Shown in pieces: positions 50,561 to 59,317 of a stretch of 64,000 nt of DNA. The notes under the pieces are model-generated. The model was not told the DNA's origin, did no database searches, and saw nothing but the letters and a program-made list of their open reading frames with translations. The position numbers and the translations under genes were made by a program. The DNA comes from an uncultured Chloroflexia bacterium. Its GTDB lineage: Bacteria > Chloroflexota > Limnocylindria > Limnocylindrales > CSP1-4. Position 1 is the stretch's first letter. Each line of letters starts with the position of its first letter. Location of the stretch: assembly GCA_963833225.1 (NCBI GenBank), contig CAWHXD010000017.1, forward strand, positions 320,001 to 384,000. Reading direction: 5' to 3'.

Positions 50561-51253
50561 TCAGGACGCGGTGGATCGAGCGGGACGGCGAGAGCGGCGG
50601 CGGTCGGCGAGCGAACCGGTCTCCCATCCACGAAGCGTCGCGAGCAGGAGGCCGTCGAGAGCCGCGTTGGCCTCGGCCATGAGCGTGGACGTGGCGGCCG
50701 CATCGAACTCGCGCCGGCGCGCCAGGGCGCCGAGCTCCGCGACGAACGGGCGACGGAAGCGGAGGAACAGGTCAGCGGTCATCGGGGCGCCGAGGCCCTC
50801 TCGGCCGGCAACACGTCCGTACTCGGCGCAGGCGTCCTCGGCCTCGCGCAGGCGGCTGGCTCGAACGGCGGGATCCTGCGTGTCCAGGGCGCCGACAAGG
50901 GCGGTGACGACCCCCCGGCCGTAGCCCCGGAATCGCTCCCGTTGTCCCGGATCCAGCTCTGCGACCCAGGGGATGCGACCCGGGTCCTCGCTGGTCGCAC
51001 GCCGGTAGCCTCGGGCCATCCGGCCCGGGGTCTCCCCGAGGTCACCGAGCGAGGGGCGATCCGCCGGCTCGGCGGGCAACAGGGCCAGGAGGCCGGCACG
51101 GGAGAAGCGGCGATGGCCGCCCGGCGTGACGAAGGTCCGCACGAGGCCGGCGTCGGCCCAGCGGCGAATGGTGGACGGCGAGACGCCCAGGAGCTCGCGT
51201 GCTCCAGTCAGCGACACCCACTCCGGATCCGTTGTGCTCGTCTTTTCGACCAT
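50561..51253 (-). CDS. Xis/MerR-like HTH regulator with an all-helical C-terminal domain
   Basis: WVSLTGARELLGVSPSTIRRWADAG..TPGGHRRF; first gene of the hem operon. Confidence 0.85.
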   Translation of the reverse strand: MVEKTSTTDPEWVSLTGARELLGVSPSTIRRWADAGLVRTFVTPGGHRRFSRAGLLALLPAEPADRPSLGDLGETPGRMARGYRRATSEDPGRIPWVAELDPGQRERFRGYGRGVVTALVGALDTQDPAVRASRLREAEDACAEYGRVAGREGLGAPMTADLFLRFRRPFVAELGALARRREFDAAATSTLMAEANAALDGLLLATLRGWETGSLADRRRSRRPARSTAS

Positions 51254-51264
51254 GCGGATCGACG

Positions 51265-51291
51265 AAATCTCCCAAATCTCCCAAATCTGTC
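51265..51291. promoter_or_regulatory. Three 9-bp direct repeats (AAATCTCCC x2, AAATCTGTC); putative operator
   Basis: Lie between the -10-like TAGGAT (51306-51311, minus strand) and the ATG at 51253. Confidence 0.6.
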
Positions 51292-51584
51292 CGAAGACTC
51301 TCTCATCCTATCGGTCGATGGAGGAGGTGTAGGGAGGGCCGGGCGGCCCGCTGTCGGTCCCAATGGTCCCGGAATGGGCTCGTCAGCTATGCCCACGCGG
51401 CGGCCCGAATCGGGGTATTCCCGGCGCGATTCACCCAGGTTCGGGACGGCGGGGGCCTGGCGCCACCCGGCGCGCGGCTGCGGGACGCAATCCCTTTATC
51501 CCGCCAAGCAGGTGACCTTGGTCCCTGCCATCAACCTTGAGCCGATCTCCTGCGTGCATGTCCCCCGCGACCGTCACCTCGGTG

Positions 51585-52901
51585 CTACCCGCGCGTCACC
51601 GGCGCCCGGGTCACCGCCACCCGTTCGATCAGGTCGGCCGCCTTCGTCGTGCCATCGGCCGCCTGCATCCGGGCGGAGATCGCGGCGAGCCGGCCACCGA
51701 GCGCGGCATCGCCAAGGAGCGCGTCGACCGCGCCCGTGAGCTCCCCATCCTCGAAATCGTAGGTCGCGAGGCGCCGGCCGAACCCGGTCTCGTCCATCCG
51801 CTGGGCGTTGTCGACCTGGTCCCAGAACAGGGGCAGCACGATCATCGGCTTGCCGTGGTGGAACGACTCGACCACCGTGTTGTTGCCGCCGTGCGTGATC
51901 ACGAGGTCGACCATCGGCAGGATCGCCGGCTGGGGCAGGAAGCCCGCACCGGTCATGTTGTCGTGGAGCGTGATCTGGTCGGCGAGCGGGCCCTTGGACA
52001 CGATCACCCGGTGCTCCGTCCGGCCCAGCAGGTCGACCAGGCGCTGCATCAGGCCGACGTCGGCCGAGCCGAGCGAGCCGAGCGAGAGGTAGATCAGCGC
52101 CCCGGACCGGTTCGCGAGGGGCTCCGGCAGCTGCCAGGTCTCGTCCACCGCGCGCACCGTGGAATCGAGCTGGTGCCACGTCGGGCCGAGGGCGTCGGCG
52201 CGCTCGTAGTCAGCCTCAGCCGGGTAGGAGTAGAGGTTGAGGTACGGCGACTCGTGCATGAAGTCCGGGCCGCTCGGGCCCCATGCGAGGCCGCCGGCCC
52301 CGTGCTCGCGGCAGAAGGCGTCGAAATCGGCCCACAGATCGTGGTGCGTCCGGGCGACCTCATCCAGGAACGCACCCCAACCCGACCGGTCCGCCGCCGG
52401 GTAGCCCGACGAGAAGGGCGCGACCAGTGGGTCCTTGACCTCGGCGGGGTTGCAGGACAGGAGGCGGACCCACGGGTGCCGGGTGGCCATGATCGCCGGG
52501 AAGCTGACGACGTTGTCCTCGACGATCGTGTCCGGCTGCAGCTCCTCGATGATCTCCTCGAGGCGGGGCTGGACGTACCTCGCGCCGTCGATCAGGGCCC
52601 CGAAGGTGGGGGCGATGAACTCGCCCAGCTGCTCGATCGTGGGCTTGCGGAACACCGGCGCCGTGTCCCGGATGAAGTCGATCCAGAACTGGCCCGGCAC
52701 TTCAGGCTCTGCCGGCGGCGGGCCGAGGCGCATCAGCCGCTCCTCGAATCCCTTGGCCTCGAGGCTGCCCGCGAACGACTCCTCGACGATGAACACGACC
52801 CGGTGCCCGCGGGCCTTCAGGACGTTGCCGATGCCGGCGCAGTTGTTGGTGGGGCCGTAGGCACCCTCGGGGAAGAACACGATCGTCCGGCCGTCGCCCA
52901 C
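51585..52901 (-). CDS. GT1 / MGT-family UDP-glycosyltransferase
   Basis: YLSLGSLG, FLPQPAIL..VITHGGNNT..E...P.IVLPLFWDQVDNA. Confidence 0.9.
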   Translation of the reverse strand: MGDGRTIVFFPEGAYGPTNNCAGIGNVLKARGHRVVFIVEESFAGSLEAKGFEERLMRLGPPPAEPEVPGQFWIDFIRDTAPVFRKPTIEQLGEFIAPTFGALIDGARYVQPRLEEIIEELQPDTIVEDNVVSFPAIMATRHPWVRLLSCNPAEVKDPLVAPFSSGYPAADRSGWGAFLDEVARTHHDLWADFDAFCREHGAGGLAWGPSGPDFMHESPYLNLYSYPAEADYERADALGPTWHQLDSTVRAVDETWQLPEPLANRSGALIYLSLGSLGSADVGLMQRLVDLLGRTEHRVIVSKGPLADQITLHDNMTGAGFLPQPAILPMVDLVITHGGNNTVVESFHHGKPMIVLPLFWDQVDNAQRMDETGFGRRLATYDFEDGELTGAVDALLGDAALGGRLAAISARMQAADGTTKAADLIERVAVTRAPVTRG

Positions 52902-53012
52902 CGTTCGCACCTCGTTCGCACCTTGTCGAGTCGCAGGTTCCCAGGCCGCGATGATCTCACGGCCAGACAGGCCGGGCCGGGTGGGCCGGGTGGGCCGTGC
53001 CCGCGGCGCAGA

Positions 53013-53789
53013 TCAGAACGGCTGCTCCGCCACATCCGGCTCCCGGCGCACGCCGGGCGCCCAGGGGATGACCAGCCGGCGCAGCACGCCGACGATCCCG
53101 TACAGCGCCAGCGACAGCGCCGAGGTGACCACCACGGCCGCGAACACGAGGTCGGTCCGGAACGCATTCTGGCTCAGCTGCATCCAGATCCCGAGGCCCT
53201 CGCGGGCTCCCACGTACTCCCCGAACACCGCCCCGATGACCGCGTACACCACGCTGATCCGGAGACCGGTGAAGAACGCGGGCAGGGCGGCCGGCCAGCG
53301 GAGCTTGCGGAACACCTCGCCGTCACTTGCCCCGAAGCTGCGCATCAGGTCCTCGGCGTCGCTCGGCGCGCTGCGGAACCCGTCGAGCAGGGCTACGACG
53401 ATGGGGAAGAACGTCACCAGCACCACGATGAGTACCTTGGGCGCCAGGCCGAACCCGAACCACAGCAGGAACAGCGGCGCCAGGGCGACCACGGGGATCG
53501 TCTGCGAGGTCACCAGCAGCGGCTCGACGGCCCGCCGCACCCGCGCCGCCCGGTCCATCGCGGCTGCCGCGCTGACCGCAAGCACGACCGCGAGGGAATA
53601 CCCCAGCAGTGTTTCCATCAGGGTCGGGATGGTGTGCCGGAGCGCATCGTCGCGGAAGGTCCAGAGCGCCTCTGCGATCCGCAGCGGCCCGGGCAGCACG
53701 ACCGGCTCGATCCCGGCCAGCCGCACGTACGCCTCCCACGCGACGAGGATCCCCACGATCAGGGCCAGCGGAGGGAGGCGTTCGCGCAT
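53013..53789 (-). CDS. ABC permease (ThiX/SsuC-like)
   Basis: SQTIPVVALAP; EAA-loop SFGAS..FRKLRWPAALP. Confidence 0.9.
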   Translation of the reverse strand: MRERLPPLALIVGILVAWEAYVRLAGIEPVVLPGPLRIAEALWTFRDDALRHTIPTLMETLLGYSLAVVLAVSAAAAMDRAARVRRAVEPLLVTSQTIPVVALAPLFLLWFGFGLAPKVLIVVLVTFFPIVVALLDGFRSAPSDAEDLMRSFGASDGEVFRKLRWPAALPAFFTGLRISVVYAVIGAVFGEYVGAREGLGIWMQLSQNAFRTDLVFAAVVVTSALSLALYGIVGVLRRLVIPWAPGVRREPDVAEQPF

Positions 53790-53806
53790 CGCGGTCGTCC
53801 CGACGC

Positions 53807-54940
53807 CTACGGCAGGAAGTCGTTCGTGAACAGGGACGCGTAGTCGGGCGCCGCCGAGAGCGGCTGGCCGTCGACACCGGTGAGGAGCCCCTGGTCGTAG
53901 AGGAACGACGAGTAGCCGGTCCACTCCTCCAGGGTCTGGGTGCCGACATGGCCAGCGGCGTCCACCAGCAGCCCCTTCTCGCTCATGAACCGGGCGGATG
54001 CGAGTGGCAGCTCGGTGTTGGCGTCGAACACGCCGGGGTTTGCCTGGACCAGGATCGTCGCCGCCTCATCGGGGTTGGACGCCGCGAGCGCGAAGCCCCT
54101 GACCGTGGCCCCGACGAACGCGCGCGCCACCTCCGGGTTGGCCGCCAGCCAGTCGGTGTTGCAGGCGAGCACCACCTGGTAGAAGTCCGGGAACCCGTAG
54201 TCGGTGAAGGCGAAGGTGCGGAGCGGGATCCCCCGCTGCTCCGCCTCGACGCCCTCCCACGCGCTGAACGTGATCACGAAGTCGGCGCGGCCCTGGTAGA
54301 GCGCCTCGTACGCGGCCGTGTCGAGGGTGACCACATCGAAGTTGCCCTTGCCGCCGTCGGCCCGGATGACGGCCTCGAGCGTGGGCACCTCGTTGGGGTA
54401 GCCGAAGCCGGCGTATGTCCGGCCGTCGAGCTGCCGCGGCCGGGTGATCGGCGACGCCTCGAGAACCGCGATCTCCTGCGCGGTGTGCTGGAGGATCGCC
54501 ATCACGCTCCGGATGGGAACGCCCGCCGCGACCGCGAACGTCAGCGAGTCCTGGAAGCTGATCCCGCAGTCCGCCTGCCCCGCCCCGAGCACGGCTTCGG
54601 GCGCGGTGCCGCCATAGGGCAGCACGTCGAGCGTCACCCCGGCGTCCTCGTACCAGCCCATCGACTGCGCGACGTAGAACCCGGTGTGGTTTGTGTTGGG
54701 CGTCCAGTCGAGCGCCAGGCGGACCACGGCTGGCTCGGGGGCGGCCGACGGAGATGTCTCCACGGACGGCGAGGCTGAGGGGGTGGCCGATGCCGGGATG
54801 GTGGATGGCGACGACGGGGCGGCCGATGCGACGGCGGAGGCCGACGGCGAGGCTCCGCCGCCGGCACACGCACCAAGGACGAGAACGGGCAGCAGCAGCG
54901 CCGCGGCGGCGGCGCGAGCTCCGTGGCGGGAAGGGTTCAT
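53807..54940 (-). CDS. NMT1/THI5-like substrate-binding lipoprotein (ThiY)
   Basis: Lipobox LGAC; LDWTPNTNHTG; downstream of a TPP riboswitch. Confidence 0.9.
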   Translation of the reverse strand: MNPSRHGARAAAAALLLPVLVLGACAGGGASPSASAVASAAPSSPSTIPASATPSASPSVETSPSAAPEPAVVRLALDWTPNTNHTGFYVAQSMGWYEDAGVTLDVLPYGGTAPEAVLGAGQADCGISFQDSLTFAVAAGVPIRSVMAILQHTAQEIAVLEASPITRPRQLDGRTYAGFGYPNEVPTLEAVIRADGGKGNFDVVTLDTAAYEALYQGRADFVITFSAWEGVEAEQRGIPLRTFAFTDYGFPDFYQVVLACNTDWLAANPEVARAFVGATVRGFALAASNPDEAATILVQANPGVFDANTELPLASARFMSEKGLLVDAAGHVGTQTLEEWTGYSSFLYDQGLLTGVDGQPLSAAPDYASLFTNDFLP

Positions 54941-55011
54941 GGTCGCGCGGTTCCTCGGATAGAGACAGGATCGCCGCCCCCGGGTGCCGGGGACGGCGTG
55001 GAACCGAGCGG

Positions 55012-55105
55012 GCCTGCTTCCTACACCGGTACGAGCCGGATCAGGTTCCGCGGGTCTGTGGCCTGGTTGCCACACTCTCAGCGCGTTCGTGCGCTCCCCG
55101 GAGGC
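55012..55105 (-). ncRNA. TPP riboswitch
   Basis: Minus strand: GCCTCCGGGGAGCGC..GCGCTGAGAG...GACCC..GAACCTGATCCGGCTCGTACCGGTGTAGGAAG. Confidence 0.93.
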
Positions 55106-55206
55106 GGATATGCGATTGTGCCCGGAGTCTACACCGGCCGGTCTCCGGCGACGTCCCGGGTGCCGGTGCGCGTGCCGGCGTGCGTGCCGCTGGCGCCGGA
55201 TCGACA

Positions 55207-55486
55207 TGGCCAGGTTCATGCCCAGTGCACGTCATGCGACCTCCCGGCCACGGACGTGTCCACCGACCCCGGCCGGCCGCTCAGCTCCACGCTCGCGATG
55301 GCAGGGCGATCTGGCCAGATTCCGATGCGGCGCGCCTTGGGCAGAGAAGACGTGGCCCAACGTGCACCCGGTCTGAATCTGGCCGGGCGAACGGTTCCAC
55401 GACCGACATAGCGCGCACTCGGTCGGAATCTGGCCAAGTCGGACGTGATGGATTGCCGTAACGCGCACTCCATCTGAATCTGGCCA
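55207..55486. repeat. Array of ~25-bp imperfect repeats (2 inverted, 3 direct)
   Basis: Consensus CGYGCACYCRRTCKGAATCTGGCCA; direct copies at 55361, 55412, 55462; reverse copies at 55207 and 55312. Confidence 0.75.
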
Positions 55487-55568
55487 GGTTGGGCGCACGC
55501 GCCGGGCGGTGGCGAAGAGGCGGTGGCGAAGATCAGCGGACGAGGGGGGACGCGGGATCCGGGCGCGG

Positions 55569-56537
55569 CTACCCGGCGGCTGTCGCTTCCGGTGTCGGCG
55601 CCGACGGCGACGGCGTCGGGGCGCTTGACTGGATCCAGGCCACGATCTCGGCGAGGACCTCCCGGTGCTCGGGCTCGTTGTGCTGCTCGTGGCACAGGCC
55701 CTCGTTGACCGTGATCGTGACGTTCCCCAGGGCTCGGAATCGCTCGCTCGCGCGAACGGGCACGATCGGGTCCCGGGACCCGTGCACGATATGAGTCGGG
55801 ACCGGCATTGCCGCCAGGCTGGTCAGCAGCTCATGAAGCCTGTCCTGCTCATGGAACGCCTCCGCCCCCAAGTGAACGGTGGCCCTGGAGGAGCACAGCG
55901 GGTCGGCAGCGAAGGCCTCGTCAACCGCTGGTTCGCGCGACCGGCCGTGGGAAATCCCGGACGCCAGGCGCAGCCGGGGCATGATCCGGTCGAACAGGAG
56001 CGCGGCCGGGCGCTGCCAGCCGGGCTGGTTGTCGTCCAGGCTCGGCGCGCTCAGCACGAGCAGGTCGGGCAGCAGCCTTGGCTGCTCGGAGAGGACGTAG
56101 CCCGCGCACAGCAGCCCGCCAAGCGAGTGTCCATACAGGATCAGGGGCTTTCCCGGGTGCGTCTCCCGCAGCGTCGTCAGGCGTGTCTCCAGGTCGTCGT
56201 GCAGGATCGACCAGCGTTCCACGTAGACCCGTCGCCCGCCCGATCCGCCGCATCCGCGGAGGTCGTAGGCCCAGGTATCGATCCCGGCATCGGTGAAGGC
56301 CGAGGCCACGTTCGAGTACCGGCCGCCGTGCTCGCCCAGGCCGTGGACGATCTCGGCAACCGCCCAGGACGGCTCGGCCGGCTCCCAGCGGATGGTGCGC
56401 AGGATGGTGCCGTCGGCCATGCGGGCGGTGCCCAGCGACGGGGCGACGCGCGGGGCGGGCTCGGACCCGGACACGGGATCTGGCGCAGACCCGGGCTCGG
56501 AGCGGGGCGCGGGCTCGGGCGCGGGCTCGATGGTCAT
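55569..56537 (-). CDS. Lysophospholipase-like alpha/beta hydrolase
   Basis: VHGLGEH, DLRGCG, GHSLGG, HGSRD, HE. Confidence 0.9.
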   Translation of the reverse strand: MTIEPAPEPAPRSEPGSAPDPVSGSEPAPRVAPSLGTARMADGTILRTIRWEPAEPSWAVAEIVHGLGEHGGRYSNVASAFTDAGIDTWAYDLRGCGGSGGRRVYVERWSILHDDLETRLTTLRETHPGKPLILYGHSLGGLLCAGYVLSEQPRLLPDLLVLSAPSLDDNQPGWQRPAALLFDRIMPRLRLASGISHGRSREPAVDEAFAADPLCSSRATVHLGAEAFHEQDRLHELLTSLAAMPVPTHIVHGSRDPIVPVRASERFRALGNVTITVNEGLCHEQHNEPEHREVLAEIVAWIQSSAPTPSPSAPTPEATAAG

Positions 56538-56596
56538 GCATCCCTCCTCGCACGCAGGGTAGACCGAACGACCGGGTCTCCGCGTACGATCCGCGC

Positions 56597-57424
56597 ATGC
56601 AGTCCCGCTGGACCGAGGTCGGCGACCGGGTCTTCGTCCGCCGCTACCGCTTCTTCGACCAGGACATCGTGGCCGTCCTCGGCGATGACGAGGCGCTCGT
56701 CGTCGACACCCGGACCACGCTCGGCCAGGCTCGCGAGATCCTTGACGACCTCCGGGACCTCGGGTCGCCCCGCGTCGGGCTCGTGGTCAACACGCACGGC
56801 CACTACGACCACGCGTTTGGCAACGCCGCGTTCCGGCCGGCGGTGATCTGGGGCCACGAGCGCTGCCGGTCGATGATCGAGCAATCCGGCGAGCGGATGC
56901 GGGCCGACGTGATCTCCGACTTCCCGGCGTTGGCGGCCGAGCTGGCCGACGTGCCGCTCGACCCGCCGGACCGCGTGTTCAGCGAGACCGCGACGCTGGA
57001 CCTCGGCGGCCGCGAGATCCGCCTCACCTACCTCGGGCGTGGCCACACCGACAACGACATCGTGGTCTCGATCCCCGATGCGGACGTCCTGTGCGCGGGC
57101 GACCTGCTGGAGAACGGCGCGACACCCTACTTCGGTGACGGCTACCCGATGGACTGGCCGGCCACCGCACAGGCGCTGCTGGCGCTCGTGGGTGAGCGGA
57201 CCGCCGTGGTGCCCGGGCATGGGGCCGTGGCCGGGCGCGCGTTCGCGGCCGCGTCGCTCGACGCGTTCCGGGCGCTGGCCGCGCTCGCGGTGCGCGTCCA
57301 GGGCGGCGAGCTGGACCTCGAGGCGGCGATCGCGCTGGCCCCCTACCCGGCGCCGGCCGCGCGTGAGCCCCTCGAGCGCGCCCTCGCCCAGCTTCGAGGT
57401 GAGCTCGATCCGATCCCGGGCTAG
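56597..57424 (+). CDS. MBL-fold metallo-hydrolase
   Basis: NTHGHYDHAFGN, GHTDND, AGDL, VPGHG. Confidence 0.92.
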   Translation: MQSRWTEVGDRVFVRRYRFFDQDIVAVLGDDEALVVDTRTTLGQAREILDDLRDLGSPRVGLVVNTHGHYDHAFGNAAFRPAVIWGHERCRSMIEQSGERMRADVISDFPALAAELADVPLDPPDRVFSETATLDLGGREIRLTYLGRGHTDNDIVVSIPDADVLCAGDLLENGATPYFGDGYPMDWPATAQALLALVGERTAVVPGHGAVAGRAFAAASLDAFRALAALAVRVQGGELDLEAAIALAPYPAPAAREPLERALAQLRGELDPIPG

Positions 57425-58459
57425 AGCCGGACCACGACCCGGACTCGACCCCGATCCAAGCCCGCGATCCGCACCACCCAGCGTCCGCGCGCCTGCCCCG
57501 CCACGATCGCGTCCAGCGCCGGCTCCAGCGTGTCCAGGTCCACCTCGGAGATGCCGTCGTCGATCCCGCGCGGCAGCAGGTCCGTCGCGAGCCGGGCCCA
57601 GAGCGCGCGGCGGTCACCGATCGCCATGTTCGCGGAGTCCATGCCCAACAGCGCCACGCCCCGGAGGATGAACGGGAACACCGTGGTCACGAGCTCGGCG
57701 CCCGACGCGTTGCCCGACGAGGCGCAGGCGGCCCCGTTGCCGCAGGGTCCGCAGCACGTACGGCAGCGTGGCCGAGCCCACGGTGTCGACCGCGCCCGCC
57801 CAGCGCGCTGAGTCGAGCGGCCGCCCAGGCGCCGTGACCTCGTCCCGGGTGAGGATCCCGGCGGCACCGAGGTCCCGGAGCCGGTCCGCCTCGTCGGGCT
57901 TGCCCGTTGCCGCCCAGACCTCGTAGCCGCGCGTGGCGAGGATCGCGACCGCGGTGCTGCCGACGCCACCCGAGGCGCCGGTGACCAGCACGGGGCCGTC
58001 ACCTGCCCGCAGGCCTCGTTCCTCCAGCGCCTGGACGCTCATCGCGGCCGTGAAGCCGGCGGTCCCGATCGCCATCGCGTCGCGAGGGCTCAGCCCGTCC
58101 GGGAGCGGCACCACCCACCCCGCCGGGATCCGCGCCAGCTCGCCGTACCCGCCGTGCCGGGCGGTCCCGATGTCGTAGCCGTTCGCCAGCACGGCCGCCC
58201 CGACCGGGAACGCATCGTCCTCCGATGCCGCGACGGTGCCTGCGAGGTCGATCCCCGGGACCAGCGGGTAGCCGCGGGCCACGCGGCCGTCCTCGCGCGC
58301 GGCCAGGCCGTCCTTGAAGTTCACCCCAGACCACTCGACCCGCACGGTGACCTCGCCCGGGGGCAGGTCCGCCGGGGTCAGGGTGCGCAGGCCCCGGGTG
58401 AAGCCACCCTCGGGGCGATCGACGACGTAGGCACGGAACGATGCGGGCAGGTCTGACAT
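57421..58459 (-). CDS. YhdH/AcuI-family NADPH oxidoreductase (+1 frameshift near 57740)
   Basis: VNFKDG, PGIDLAG, IGTAGFTA, TGASGGVGS; PFILRGV in the shifted frame. Confidence 0.9.
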
Positions 58460-58524
58460 GCGCTGATCATGCCTCGCGCGCCCCGGCCCGTCACCGCGCC
58501 GTCGCGCGGGCCGCGCTTGGCGAG

Positions 58525-58553
58525 CTCCCGGCAGACTCTCAGCAATCTCACAG
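58525..58553 (+). promoter_or_regulatory. OmpR/MprA-type tandem boxes upstream of the response regulator
   Basis: CTCCCGG / CTCTCAG / CTCACAG with 11-bp period, followed by CACAAT -10. Confidence 0.6.
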
Positions 58554-58576
58554 CGACACGAGCCCACAATCGTGGC

Positions 58577-59317
58577 ATGCGCCCAGCCGGAGCCACTCCT
58601 GCCCACATCCTCGTCGTGGACGACGAGCCGTCCATCACGGAGCTGCTGGCCACCGCCCTTCGATACATGGGCTACCAGGTCACCGTCGCGGACAGTGGGT
58701 TCGCCGCGCTCGACGCGGCGGCGACCGCCGCACCGGACCTGGTCGTGCTCGACGTCATGCTCCCCGACCTCGACGGCTTCGAGGTCTGCCGGCGGCTGCG
58801 GGCCGCGCGCGACTTCGTCCCGGTGATCTTCCTGTCCGCGCGCGACTCCGAGGGCGACCGGGTGACCGGGTTCGTTCGGGGTGGCGACGACTACGTCACC
58901 AAGCCGTTCAGCCTCGAGGAGCTCACCCTCCGCATCTCCGCGCTGCTCCGTCGCGTGGGCAAGGGGGCCGACGGAGACGTGAACCCCCGCCTCCGGTACC
59001 GCGACCTGGAGATGGACGAGGACCGCCACCAGGTCTGGCGTGCCGGCCGCGAGGTCCTGCTCTCCCCCACCGAGTTCCGCCTCCTCCGCTACTTCCTGCT
59101 CAACCCGGAGCGCGTCCTGTCGAAGCAGCAGATCCTGGACCACGTCTGGCAGTACGACTTCAACGGCGAGGACAACGTCGTCGAGACCTACGTCTCGTAC
59201 CTGCGCCGCAAGCTCGACGACACGGAGCCGCGCCTGCTCCGGACCGTCCGCGGCTTCGGGTACGTGCTGCGCACCGACGACACGGGGTCACCCTCGCCGG
59301 GCTCCGGCCCCGGATGA
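58577..59317 (+). CDS. OmpR-family response regulator
   Basis: VVDDE, LDVMLPDLDG, DDYVTKPF, wHTH LRTVRGFGY. Confidence 0.95.
   Translation: MRPAGATPAHILVVDDEPSITELLATALRYMGYQVTVADSGFAALDAAATAAPDLVVLDVMLPDLDGFEVCRRLRAARDFVPVIFLSARDSEGDRVTGFVRGGDDYVTKPFSLEELTLRISALLRRVGKGADGDVNPRLRYRDLEMDEDRHQVWRAGREVLLSPTEFRLLRYFLLNPERVLSKQQILDHVWQYDFNGEDNVVETYVSYLRRKLDDTEPRLLRTVRGFGYVLRTDDTGSPSPGSGPG

Noticed and set aside
55207-55486. CRISPR array
   Set aside because: Repeats are degenerate and in both orientations, only three are in tandem, and no cas genes are present; kept only as an unexplained repeat
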